Shown in pieces: positions 1 to 12,500 of a stretch of 64,000 nt of DNA. This DNA comes from Xylographa opegraphella (lineage: Eukaryota), in assembly GCA_022813865.1 (NCBI GenBank), contig JALDZX010000003.1:558001-622000 (forward strand). The letters are read 5' to 3'. Made by a program: the position numbers and the translations under genes. How positions within the stretch are numbered: position 1 is the first letter of the stretch; each line of letters opens with the position of its first letter. The notes beneath the pieces were generated by a model. That model had not been told where the DNA came from. It did not search any database and saw only the letters and a program-made list of their open reading frames with translations.

Positions 1-95
1 CTTTGAATGTTCAGGCTATCACAGTCCACCTGAGTTTTCGAGCGGAGATATTCCAAAAGGACGACGGGAGACGTTGAATCTGACAAGGAGCCCAT
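1..95 (-). CDS. Transaldolase-family protein, 5' end only (runs off the window start)
   Basis: ATG at 95 gives MGSLSDSTSPVVLLEYLRSKTQVDCDSLNIQ..., open to the window edge. LLxxLRxxTxVDCD resembles the N-terminus of fungal transaldolase-like paralogs. Not in the ORF track. Confidence 0.65.
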   Translation of the reverse strand, partial: MGSLSDSTSPVVLLEYLRSKTQVDCDSLNIQ

Positions 96-1676
96 GATGA
101 ATCAAGAGATATCTGACGATGAATATGAAGTTCGACAAGTGACGATTGGAGAAGGGAGTGTGGATACCAGGCAGCGGGTAATATTTATCCCAATGCGGCG
201 ACACTCTTATCGAGCCGTAAGCCGGCCGTCGTCCAAGGGATTTGAAAAGGCAGTTCTGGCCGCAGTTCTGGCCACTTGGGGTAGAAAGTCCATTGACCTG
301 GACCTCTGTCTCTGGACCAAACACGCGCAGCCGTAAGAACCTGACCAGATGTGTATACAACGACTGAGCTTGAAATAGCCATGGCCTACGATGTAAAATT
401 ACGGTAACACCGTAGTCGATACAGACCGAAGGCATAGTAAAGATCTCCAAGGTTTCGGCATTACTTGAAGATAATATCAAGGTATATAGTGTCTTATCTC
501 GCAGCGAGATTATGTACTGCGATCCGTAAGCGCTAAGCCATTGGGAAGAATAGTAGCGAACGCGGGAGCGAGCCGAGAGGCGACAGGGATTATTAAGCTT
601 TGGAGCTTGGATCTCGAAGCGGAAGTGATCGGCACGGTCCGTACCAGGACTGCAGCCAAAGCCCAAGGTTACATCTTACGGTACTGCAGATATTACTTGT
701 GGTTAGTGGGAAATCGATATCGAATTGTGCACACTTCTGCATAGATCTTTTAGTACTGCAGAATCTATGCAACGACGGTCGATCCAAGCGAAGTAGACTG
801 GAAATTACCCACGCTCAACCGTGGTTCACATTGTCGAGGTCGATGCTTCCCCGAACGCTAGAAAGTAAGTTTCAAAATGCGGGAGCGGAAGCGGGGATAT
901 CGGGCAGGGGTCGAAAAATACCGGGCTACTTGTTTAGCTCCCTTACTCTTAGCTTCATCGTATTAGCGCGATACATGATTTTCAAAACTGCAAAATATCC
1001 ACACCTCCAGCATCACCACTACACCACCTTGAATGCAGCACAACGCCTTCGCTTTGCCGTCTTTTTCGCCGCTGAAAGTCCGCATGCCTATGGTGGACTG
1101 CGGCACCGTTCTGCAGGATGTGCTGGCCCGTGGCTCTGGCATGCACGCAAAGCCGCACCGATCGGATTCCCAGGTTTACGTTGTTGCTTGCATCATGCAT
1201 CGATCCGTACTCGTTCAGCTCCAGTGTCGATGCACACTGCCGTGTATCCGTTACACCATACGGAGCAACACATAGCGATTGTGGTGGTCGTATTCGTTCG
1301 CCCCACACATCGCCCAGGGGGCCACTTCTTGCGATTCTGAGCAATTCAGCCGGTTGTCTATCGTTCAAGGAGATATGATTGGCACATCCTTGTGTGATGA
1401 GGAAAAGTCGAGTGATCAGCTCAGCGTGATGCATTTTGACTTCGTCTGGCGTTGATCATGAGCCCGACCCAATGCATCCACACAGCAAGAAGGGCCGAAT
1501 CGCAATTGACTTCGCACTCGATAATTATGCAACAGAGTATTTTACTGTCCAGAACTGATAGTGGTATTTTGGTATGGTTTTCATCACTGGACGGACCATG
1601 TATCTCTCTTTGATCAAGCTCATTTCAAAGAGAACAGCACAGTAATAGATCAAAGATACCAAACCTGCGAGTGACT

Positions 1677-2808
1677 TCAAACAAGGTCAACCGTTTCCGC
1701 AAGTTTGAGAAGCTCTTCCAAAGTCGAAAACTCAAGTTTACTGAAGTACTTGTCTCGCTGCTCAAGAGTTCTCTCCTGAGGGCACGCTGAAGCTCCAGCA
1801 ATGGTCCACTGCTCCAAATGAGCCAATCCAAGTCCAATGGTATCCTCGTTGTGGATGCATGCTGTGATCGAATCTTCGATTTTTTTTACTGATCTATAGG
1901 ATTTCTTCAGCGGCCGACCTGTTGCCTAATGTCAAACAAATGCCTCGGGTCAACATCAAAGGCTGGATTTCTAACCGTGAAAACTCTCCATGATCTCGAC
2001 TGCCTTGTTGAATGTGCTCCATTCGCCCACAACGTACGTGACCGGATCCTGGGTAATGGTCACTATTCGTCACCGCCGCAGCAGTACCTCGTTTTTCACC
2101 CAGGTTTTGGAATACATACCCAATGAGACGCTGCGAGTAACTCGACCACCGCTTTCCCAACCTGTCGTGCACATGTCCAAGATTGCGGTTCGTCGCCGGT
2201 CCCTCGGGTACAAGCTCGCCAGTTATTGGGATCGATAGGAAACGTTTCGGGTTCGGCTGGTATGTACGTTTTGCTCTGGGGCAAGAAGTAATCTGCCAGC
2301 CATCCAAAGTTGAACAAAGTCCACTCGACCCCCTTCGTTTCTTTGAGTGTCTTGCGGAAAGGTTCCCGGCTGATTGCATATTCTGCAGGCAACAACGGGA
2401 AATCGTCGATGTTGCCGGTCCATTCGGATGGAATGAAACGCTTGCAGCGCTTCGAGTTCAGACAGGCTTGGAGCAGGGTGCGATGGATGTCGATATAGCG
2501 ATCGGTCGGGCAGTTGATGAGCGACACGAGGACGCTGGCGTTTGTGCGGTTGAGAATCGACGTCATGGAATCTTCGCTGTAGTCGCTCAAGCAGATAGTC
2601 GCTTGCTGATCCTCGAGCCACTGGACTTTCTGTTGCAAGCAACGGGTCAGTAATGCTGTCGAGGTTGGTGGTGGGCATACTCCTCTCTGCTCACCCGCCT
2701 GGAGATGATCACGACGTCGAAGCGGTCATCGCTTGTAAGCTCTTCGTAAACATACCTACCGACACTGCCAGCTCCGGCGAGTACGATCGTTTGCCGTGTG
2801 TTTGACAT
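1677..2808 (-). CDS. NmrA-like / isoflavone-reductase-like NAD(P)-binding oxidoreductase
   Basis: Rossmann start IVLAGAGSVGRY, KRFIPSEW motif, WTLFNFGWLADY. GT-AG introns 2630-2694, 2049-2119 and 1919-1975 join into one ORF ending LAETVDLV*. Confidence 0.88.
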
Positions 2809-3159
2809 GATGTCCTTCCCAAGCAGCAACGTGAAACCCGGCAAAGGCCTTCTAAATGCCACCGACGAGAAAGCGGCAACCCTAAACTTTCGGGGACGAA
2901 ACGAACAGATATATTGAGGTAGCACAAAGCCGAGCGATCGTCTGGCCCCCGCTTGCTATCTTCGATCGCATTTACTCCGTACCTTAGCCTTGCATTAGCA
3001 TGGCTACGTAAACAGAATCCTATAAGGTACTAGGTATGCTGTCTGCAAAGTACGGCATCCCCTTCCAAAAGTCACGTTGTCACGCCCGTTCGCCAAGTAA
3101 GCCTCGAGTCCCCCCCCACCCACGGGTTCTATACTCTATATCCATCGTCGAGAGCACTC

Positions 3160-5024
3160 TCACACTCCACGTTCATACCATCGCTTCAGCGCCGCGGCTC
3201 CGACGAGCGCGAACCAGAACAGCATCGCGCACAGCCAAAACGGCAGGCCGAACGGCAGCCGCTCGCTCTTCAGCACGAGGCTGAAGACCGTCGACCACAG
3301 CGGCGCGCCGATCAGGCCGGCGATGGTCTGCACGAGCCCGAGGCGCAGGTACAGCTCCGTGATCTGGTCGCCGGGCGGCAGGCTGAAGGTACCGTACGCG
3401 TACAGGGAGTCCACGAGGCCGGTGCCGGTCGTGAAGACGCAGAGCGCGAGCATGAACGGGCCCGCGGACGTGGCGAAGCCGAGGCCGACCATGCCGACGA
3501 GGTTGGCGACGAGGGAGGCGCGCGTGATGAGGAGGTCGATCTGTGGGGTGCGCAGGCGCGGTTCGAGCACGAGGGCGCGCGCGGTGGGGAGGAGGAAGAG
3601 CACGGCGGCGGAGACGAGCGCTTTCAGCGCCAGGGCGGCGTTGACGGTCGCGAAGGTCCAGCCGAGGACGAGGGAGGTGTATTGGGGCAGGAGGACCTGG
3701 CTGTTGGTGGCGAGGCCGTTGACGAGGATGATCAGGATGACGGTGAAGACGGGGTTGGGGGTTTGGAATAGTCGGCGGAGGGACTGGTAGGAGGCCTGCC
3801 ACGACTGCAGCAGGACGCGCAGAAGCGAAAACTGAGATGCGGCGCTGGTTAATGCGGTATGGAGGCAGAGGACGATCATCATGGTCATACCTGTTTATTG
3901 GGATTCGTGGAATCGCTTGGCCATCGACCGGGAGACGGTGGCAAGGGGGAGTCCTCGTCCAGCGGCGATAGAGCAGGGATCAGGCTCTCCGCGGCGTCGA
4001 GCTTTCGCCCGCAGTCGGAAGGGATGAACAAGGCGAGCCAGGCGGTAAGTGCGAAGCATAACACTGACAGAATGTTGAGAAGGTAAGCATGTTGGCTCAA
4101 AAGTAAGGATCCGAATGCGGCACCACCGACCCCGGATAAGAGGTACGATCCACTGAGGTAGTTGTAGGTTTTTGTCCTACATCGTATAAGCATTCCGTAT
4201 GGCAAGCCGAGTGGCTCGTGAAGGGACGTCAGCTGAACTCTGGGCCTACAGTTTATCAGGATGCGAAATCTTCGCGATACACGTAGGGATAATGGTAAGG
4301 CGAACCATTTCACCACCTCCGATGAGATCGAAGGCGAAGGAGAACGGGGCGACGTATGTTGCCCATGATTGACGGAGCCAGACTGTAGGACGTACCAGGT
4401 AAGTACAAGCACGGTGGTAAGCAATGGCAAATGGCAACAACATACACACGGACGTCGAGAAGACCACGCCAAGAGCGGAACAGGCCAGATTCAACAGAAG
4501 AAGGAAACGCAGGCCCTTGACTTCTAAAAGTTTCTCATATGTGGCGAGAACAAGGATCGCTACCGTCGCAGCACCCCGATAGGCATTAGCAGATGGACTT
4601 TCTTCCGTAAAGTGTCTTGAATATCCAGAGGCTATTCATGACGAAAAAGGGGAGATTTGAGTCAGAGAGAGTTACCTGGCAGTAGAAATAGAAAGGAATC
4701 GATCCCAACGGTAATTGAAAGCGGATACTGAACATCATCCATCTTGCAAAGACTCTCATCGATACTATCCCGCAGCGCGACGTGCGTCGAGCCGCGGGCC
4801 TGGTAATACAGTAGACATTGAGCCTGTTCAAAGAAATAGACGCGAGAATTCCGCGTCATGCACAAAGCCAGGTTGCTCAGAGTCATGGTCACACTCATCA
4901 GGAGTATGCGCCGGCGCACCGATAGCGAGGACTGCGGAGTGTCTTTGAACATCATGCGCGTTAGCTCCGGACGATTGTGACTTGGTGAACGGGACGGGCG
5001 ACGGTCGAGAGAAGCTGGAGACAT
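3160..5024 (-). CDS. MFS transporter (UstT-like efflux type)
   Basis: Multiple hydrophobic helices. N-terminal loop EQAQCLLYY...IDESLCKMDDVQ is typical of this fungal MFS group. Five exons splice in frame with GT-AG introns (donors near 4675, 4445, 4249, 3891). Start could be 5024 or the downstream MM. Confidence 0.85.
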
Positions 5025-5875
5025 CTTCTCATTATAAGACGCTCCGACCGAGCACAGAAGCTGTTCGATGGCACGTCGTTTGTCATGAGACGAGGTATGT
5101 CGTTGCTGGAGTGCTCGCGCGTGATACCGCTTGAGTGTGACTTTCTCTCGTGGTCGACGATGGAGGAAGCAGATACCATTCGAGTCATTTAGACATAAAT
5201 TCAATATGCGTCTCGAAGGGTCAGCGAACTCGACGTTTCAAAAGTGGTGGATTGTTGGAGAAACAAGGTGGGTTACTCCTGAAATGCAGTGGAAATTGGC
5301 AGGCGTACAAGAAGTATCACCGGGTAACCTTATGAGTTTGCCTCACCTGAGCGTTTCACTCCACTCTATCAAATAACGTATTGCGCCTCCGCCATCCCTC
5401 TGATACGTTATTACGCCTTCAGTAACTATTTACTGTGCTTAACGACTCTTTGTTCGTCTTGAATCTAGCGCCTCCATTTTGTACCTCACTACCCACGAAT
5501 GTCAGCCCTCCAATTACTCCTGAGCTCCCCATGTCTGCAAACCTCGATATCAATCACAAGCTCCCCCAGCAGGCACCAAGCCACTCTGCATGTAATATAC
5601 TGGGATTCGTACCGATGTGTGATGACCTCGCGTCTCGTATTGAAGATATCGAGGGTCTTAATCTCGCAAAGGAGTTTTGAGGGCTTGCTGGGATCCCAGG
5701 GGTCCCAATTTCACAGTATCTGCTGCCTCATTTTACCTTTCGACCTCCCTTCTTACGTCTCTGCTTCTTCGGATTGTAACTTACAGATCATACTAGCTCA
5801 ATCAGCCTATCCTGGTCACCAACGCTAGTATTCCATTCCACACGTCCTAAAGCCTCTCGGCCTCGTCTGTGTACC

Positions 5876-6070
5876 TACCATCTCCTCAGCTTCCATGCCG
5901 ACATATCGACCTTCCCCTCTCCTGACAGGTTTACTTCGATCGCTCCACTGTCCTCGGTGCCGCGTCTGCTTGCCCACCATCCCCCCATCTTCCACCCCGA
6001 CACATCGACCTTCCCCTCTGCTGAAATGTCTCCTTCATCCACTCTACCGTCCTCAGTGCGTCCCCCTATA
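5876..6070. repeat. Degenerate ~99-bp tandem duplication
   Basis: ccgacatatcgaccttcccctctcctga (~5898) and ccgacacatcgaccttcccctctgctga (~5997) recur 99 bp apart with similar flanks. Confidence 0.7.
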
Positions 6071-6272
6071 GCCCTTGATCAACGAACCTGCACCCACTCA
6101 CGACACAAGCCTTCGCTGCGCCCATACTCCTCATCTGCCGTCACGGCGAGCAACCAGCGCTGCGGTATCCTCCCCTCATGCTCCAAGCTGAGCTGTCCAC
6201 ACATCCTGTACATCGAACAGCCTCGAGACGCAGGTAGTGTCAGTCAGCCATGTCAATGACCATAGATATGTT

Positions 6273-6517
6273 ATCGATGATAGATGTGCCATAGATGATA
6301 AATGTGCCATAGATGATAAATGTGCCATAGATAATAGATGTACTATAGATGATAGATGTGCCATAAATAATAGATGTGCCATAAATAATAAATGTGCCAT
6401 AGATGATAAATATGCCATAGATAATAAATATGCCATAAATAATGGATGTGCCAAAAATGTGCCATAGATATACCATAGATGCGCCATAGATGTGCCATAG
6501 ATGCGCCACAGATGTCC
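6273..6517. repeat. Minisatellite: ten 18-bp units (ATAGATGATARATGTGCC) followed by about six 11-bp units (ATAGATGYGCC)
   Basis: Units read directly from the sequence. Differences between units are mostly G>A and C>T transitions. Confidence 0.95.
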
Positions 6518-9500
6518 AGGCGCATCGACAGTCCACCTCCCGCCAGGCCTTCACATCGATAAAGGCGCTTCGCCCCCAACGGGCCAGAGCGCACGACACA
6601 GGAGCGAGGAGCCAAAACATATGCAAAAAACATTCGCAGAGACGAGCGAGAAGAGGAAGGGCGGTGAATAAACCCCCCGCGAGGGCCCGCGAGGGGGTGG
6701 ACAGCTTAGGGTAGTATAAAAGCCCTGGCAGTCAAAAAGAGCGTGAGAACAAAAACGGCATTGAGCGTGGCAGGAGATTGGACGCTGCGGGCTGAAGCTT
6801 CGAGCGGCGAGTCGGAGGAGGCCATGCTCGGACGCGAAGATGCGGATACCACGTCTCGCTGGCAGGGCTGTGGGGTCGATTTCGCCACGCAGGTGTATTT
6901 TTCGAGATGGGGTACTGCTGGGACCGGTAGATTTCTTCAAAGGACGCGAGCTGACCAAGGGGCTTTGATTGTCGTTCTACCGGTTTTCGCTCCCGCCGTG
7001 CCGGGTTGGCTCTTGAAAGAAAATCTAACCCAAGTGTCGCAATCGAATATCTTTCATTTCTTTGGGTGCAGAGTGCCTCGATTGACCACACTAGAAGCAT
7101 CACGCGTGCTGGATCACTCTGCGGATAATGCTACCCGGGTGGAGTGGGCTGTGCAATACTTATTGCAGCCACGTGTAAACTTGCAGATGAACAAGCATGA
7201 AGGGTTGGATAGTCGTAGCCGTACAAGCAGGAAGGGTTGCAAGCCCTAGATACATAAACAGCAAATATAAAGGTCGACAGAACACTGATATAGGAGTAAT
7301 GATTCGCAGCTGGCAACAAGCTTTATACAATCCCAACACGCCCGTATCGATTCGCTCAACAGCGGCGAGGCAGTACAGCTTTCGTGTGGCAATAGTGAAA
7401 TCAGATCCTTGCCTTCAGTCTGGCCATCAGGTGAGCGTGGAGGTAGAGAACGAAACATGTGACGGTACTACTTCAAAGATCACCAGTATGCCAGTCTGGA
7501 TCATCATCCAGAGCAACCTCAACCACGTGTGCCGAACATTCGATACATGACACGTCGAGCAGATACAAAAGAAGGCCGCATATTCAACTCAACGCGAGAG
7601 AATCAGTGCCTTCCCAAGCATCTCCTCCTCAGTGGCGGACCATTTTTCCTTCCGCGGTGCTTTCGAGATCGGTCGAGAGACTGACCGCGGCTGTAGAGAA
7701 TATTTGGAATCCACGCCATCCAAAGAGTACTATCCTAGTAATAACAGTAACGGTAAGCCACAGTGCAGAGAAAGGGCGATTTACTCGTCCTCGAATGCCA
7801 GAGCTGAAAAGTCGTAGCCACTTTTGCGATCGAGAAACTCACGCGCCACCTGCACATAGTCAAAGATATCCTCTCAATTCGTTGTCAGCTTCCACACCAC
7901 CCCAACCCACCCACTCGCTATTCTACGGTACCGGTTCTGGAAGCGTGAAGTCTTACTTGCCATCCAAAGTCAACCGGTACGTCTACTTCAAGGCCAACAC
8001 GTCCATCATCGACTTTGTGTCTCTGATGCGGTAGTCGTTCTCCGCTAGTCTGGCGCATGCTTCGAGGAGCACTCTCGTCATTTTTATGGACCGTTCGTTT
8101 CGATTTATGCTTCGGGTACTTCTGGTACTCTCGTACTTACTTCGCCTGGGTGGAGATTGGCCAGTTATGCCTCGGATCCACAGGGTGGACCTACTGGCAG
8201 CTAACTGTCTTGGCAGTAAAGGAGCTTAAAGGCTCCTATAACGAGCAGGTTCAGCTTTACATTGTCACCAGTAATAGTAACTGTTGAATAGTCGATCTTA
8301 TCAAGGTCGTTCTCCATGGTTAGAATGGTGGGACCTTCCACAAAAACTTCGAGTGGTATTGTAGCTTGAAGAGTAGACCAGGTTGAATCTCAAGTAAAAC
8401 TCTTGCCTTCCTCTTCGCTCGACGGAAGACAGATTGTGTCGTACTCGGTTAGGTCTGCTGAAGCGCCGGCTTCAGGGAGCCTCTGGGGCCACAAGGTAAT
8501 CATCAGCTTTGTACTGCTTCAACCTCATGACTGTTGAACCATAAACGTCGAAGACAACGTATGTGTTACATCCTCCTGACGGCTGTTCTAAAAGCACGAA
8601 AAAATGTTTGATTAACTATTCAGATTATCCACAACGATGAATAAAGATAGCTCGTGGTACCGCCGGCTGTATGCACATGGGAAAATATACTTGAACCGAC
8701 TGGAGACACACATTACGCCACCTCTCGCAGGACCGGGTATCAATTCTTGAGATGGTGAATCTGCACTCATGTCCGCGATAGCGAATTTCCGCCAACTCCG
8801 AGCCAATCGTCCATCTCGAAGATTCACATCAGTATCCATAAGCCCAATTAACACTTCACACACGCGCGCGTATTGTTGCACCGAAAACATCGAAACAAGC
8901 CATTCGCACACGATTGAAACGTTCACGATAGAGTAGTATCAGAAAATCGAAAGATGCAAGAAAACTCCGAGAAGCGTAGATTGGCTGCTGCTTCTGTCAG
9001 GGTCCGCAAACGAAAGGATCAGAAGCAAAAGTCTAGGAATAGTCGACGATAGGTTGTTTGTTTGATTGGAATACATGAGGGATTCAATTGAGATTGTGAT
9101 GATCACGCATCAACTCCTACATGACTGAGCAATGCCATACGAAGACATTCTCTACAGTTCCTACGCAGTAATCATCGTGGGCTGCACTAGCGATCAAGCG
9201 GAGCGGAAGCGGCAATACAATACCCCGTACTCCGCCAGCATCACATCACATGCTGCAGCCTGTCATCGTACTGTGTGCTAAGGCACCTAAAGTAGCAAAG
9301 TCGTACAGACTTACCTTAGGTATTATTTCTTCAAGAAAGAGTTTCAGCCACCAATCCACCTTGCATCATTGGATTTCACCATCTTCTCCATCGACTTACG
9401 GAGTACAGTTGCCCGCCTGATCCGACATGGCGAGGATTTTCGCCGTTCGCGTTGCTCCATCGCGGACACGAAGCAATAATAGCACACTGCCATGGAAGGA

Positions 9501-12500
9501 ATCCCATTCTGCAGAGATTTATTCCAACATCGTCATACGCCCTCCCTGTGGGACAATGTAGGCCGGAGCCATGACGATCTCCAAGGCCCCCTCCGTTCAT
9601 GGTCGCCATCATCCAATATCGCATTAATGAGAAGGGATGATGGCTTTCCAAAAACCACCGGCAAGAGCGCGTCATGCAAAAAGTATAAATGGGAACGTCG
9701 AAAAGTAACGATTCACTTTTCGGCTCCCAGTCCTCGTCCCCCGTGGCCCTGAGTGCATAGGTTGTCGCTTGACATGTGAAGCGAGGCAGGGGCGCGAATC
9801 GCCCCCCCCCGATGCATTTCCCGTTCCTCGGTCGGCTGACTGTGACAGGCTGGGCCGAGTCATGACGTGGCCTGAGCGCGGAAGGCGGCGGTGTGGCCTC
9901 CTATCTGCCACCAAGCCCGGGGGAGCCCGACAGCGCCGATTTTACGTACTGGGCACAATCACGAACTCTGGCAGCGTGCGCGTTGTTGTTGGCGGTGCAA
10001 AAAAGGGCCTTCGAGTCCGAATCCCACGATAGTTGTCCCAAAATGGATAGGTCTTGCTCTCGAAAGCTAAGCTGGACCTAGTCGGCCTGCTGGGAATCCC
10101 ACATGGCTGGATGCGCTAGAGTAGTCCAACTGTTTATTTCAACTCCACGTCGTACAAGAATGCTTTTCGTCCACTTCTTCGTCTTTTCCATCGCTGTCTT
10201 CAGTTCGCCGTTATCGTTGGGCAACCCGAGCCCACGTCCTCGCCGCGGCCGGAACCCGGTTTCGCCCCCTCCCCCCCCCCCCGCCTCTTCCCCTCAACCC
10301 CCAACCCTCTCGCCGGCTAAAGAGGCTCACCGCTACATCGGTCCCACCCCCTGCACCGCGCCTGCATGGGGAGTGTTGGATCATTCGCACGAAATGCTCG
10401 TCTCCAGCGAACAGAAGGGCAGCGAAGGGGGGGGGCGGAGTGAGGGTGGTGAAAGCGGGATCCAGACAGCGTGTGCGGCATGCACCTTGCACCTTGCACC
10501 TCGCACCTTGCCACACGGTCGACACCGGCATGCACAACGAGCCCACATGACCTTCGTTCGATGCAGGATTGGCAGGACCCTGACCTGCCTGGCCGGCCAG
10601 CATCTCCTTCTCCGCCAGTCAGACAGCTGGGGTGAACACGCAGGCAGCAGGCCGGGTGTGAGGGGTGTGAGTGCATGCGAGATTGTGTCCGGAGCATGTC
10701 TGCAATGGCCTTTCGATCCATGGACGGCACAGGCTTTTTTCGAGCAGACGATGCGCCCGGCAGCCGTTGGCTCCTACCACGCACTTGGCCACGAAAGGGG
10801 TCCCGGCCTGGACTGCGAATCAGGGATCGGTGTTGCCGCCGAAGGAGAGTGTAGCGATGCGACATATCGTATTTCCATACCGTAATCGTGGAGCGTTTCC
10901 TATCGACGCTCTCCGGTTGCGAAGCCGCTCGTGCACTTTGTCTGCCGCTCATTCACCGCGCGCACTGCTTTATTTCCTGGAGGACGGGGACGAGATAGCA
11001 GCCAAGGCGGGGAGCTCGACGAGGTGCTTTCTTATCGTAATCGTGATCTACAGAGAAGTGGCCGGGCAGACTTCTTTGGTTCTTCGATCTCGTTGCAGCT
11101 CCGGCCGTGAATCTTGATATTGCTCGTCGTGGCCGTGCCAGGGGGGGTGTGGGTTGGAAGAGGCCGAAGCGCTCGTCCATTCGCTGTCACTTTTCATGGA
11201 ATGAATCATTGCCCAGCCCCGCCAAGCCTCAGCTGAGGCTGCCACATGCAACATGCAGCGCTGATGCGCCCGAGGGAGGGGGTGCAGTCTACGGAAGCAG
11301 TGGGCGTACATTTCATCCCACCGCCTTTTCTCCCTGTGACCTTTTCTCACTCTCTGCCTTTTGCTCCGTGCACTCGACCTCGACCTCTGCCTCTGCCTCT
11401 GCCTCTGCCACTGCCACCTTATCCATGTCTTCCCTTCCCTTTCCCTTTCCCTTCCTATTTCCCGTTCTCCCTGCCCTTCCCTTCATTCCCATGACGTGCC
11501 TAAGCGACGCCCTCGATCCCGATGTGTGCGCGATCGGAAGGGCCCATGGTCGGATGAGGAAGGTCGGATGAGAGAAGGAGGAAAAAAGGCGGGCGGCGAT
11601 GCGCTGGTCTCATTTGTTTTGATGTCTCACGATGGGGCGGTAACTGCCGAGTCCGCACGCAGCGACAAACGATACCGTGTGACCATTGGTGCAGCTCTCG
11701 ATCGGCCTGTCCCCAGTATATTTTCTCCTGCGTGGGCAAGTTGTTTAGTTGGCAGTTTGGGCACACTGGCTGGCGATGCTTCGACCCTGCTTCCTCCCCC
11801 ATCGTGGCGCCTATTTTCCCGGAGCCGGACGCGATGGGACTTTATTCTTCTTTTACCTGCATCCTCTTGTGCGTTTTCCGCCGTGCGCTATTATTACTAT
11901 TATTCCAGCGTGTTACAGAAGACCCTCATGTCTTATGACGGGGGAAGACTGGGTTCCATTGCGCCCATGTCGTCGGCCAGTAGTAAATGACAGACGGAGC
12001 CTCTACTGCTACTATATATGGGGTGGATGTTGTTCCGGGTGGAGCGTGGCCCTCGCTTCCTTCTGCCTTTCGCTTTCTTCCCTCGTGCTGCGCAATTATT
12101 AGCATGGTAGTAATTATTCCGTACTCCGTATCCGTATCTCCGTCAGAATCAAATCAAATCATATGGACAACAACAACACGTCCCCTGCCCACAGGCGAAA
12201 CGGGCCTGTTCAACCAGGCACCCCCCTCCCCTGCTGGTATCCCCCAGAGGATGCCAGACCGAGTGTGTTCGGAGGCATCCCTGATGCTTGCCGACCTACA
12301 TCCCCACTTTTCCCTCCAGCTGAACTCTCTCGAACTTCTTTCGCACTTGTTTCCATCATTTCGATTATTATTCCCTTTTTCCTGTCCTGTCTTTTCGTTT
12401 GCTTTCATGCCGCCCGTAATAACCCCCTCCCCCCCCCCGCCTTAAAAGCCTGGTTCGTTTCCTTACCGAGGTCCACCCCCCACCCCCCAGTTTCGCCCCA

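Noticed and set aside
19..1434. ORFs 19-666(-), 600-1340(+), 982-1434(-) and 94-336(+)
   Set aside because: No recognisable motifs and mutually overlapping. Best read as the spacer/promoter of the transaldolase-like gene.
6176..6633. Repetitive peptides IDDKCA / MAHLSS / IYGTFI as RiPP precursor, or the array as CRISPR
   Set aside because: These are translations of the minisatellite. There is no signal peptide or Kex2 KR site, no unique spacers and no cas genes, and the DNA is eukaryotic.
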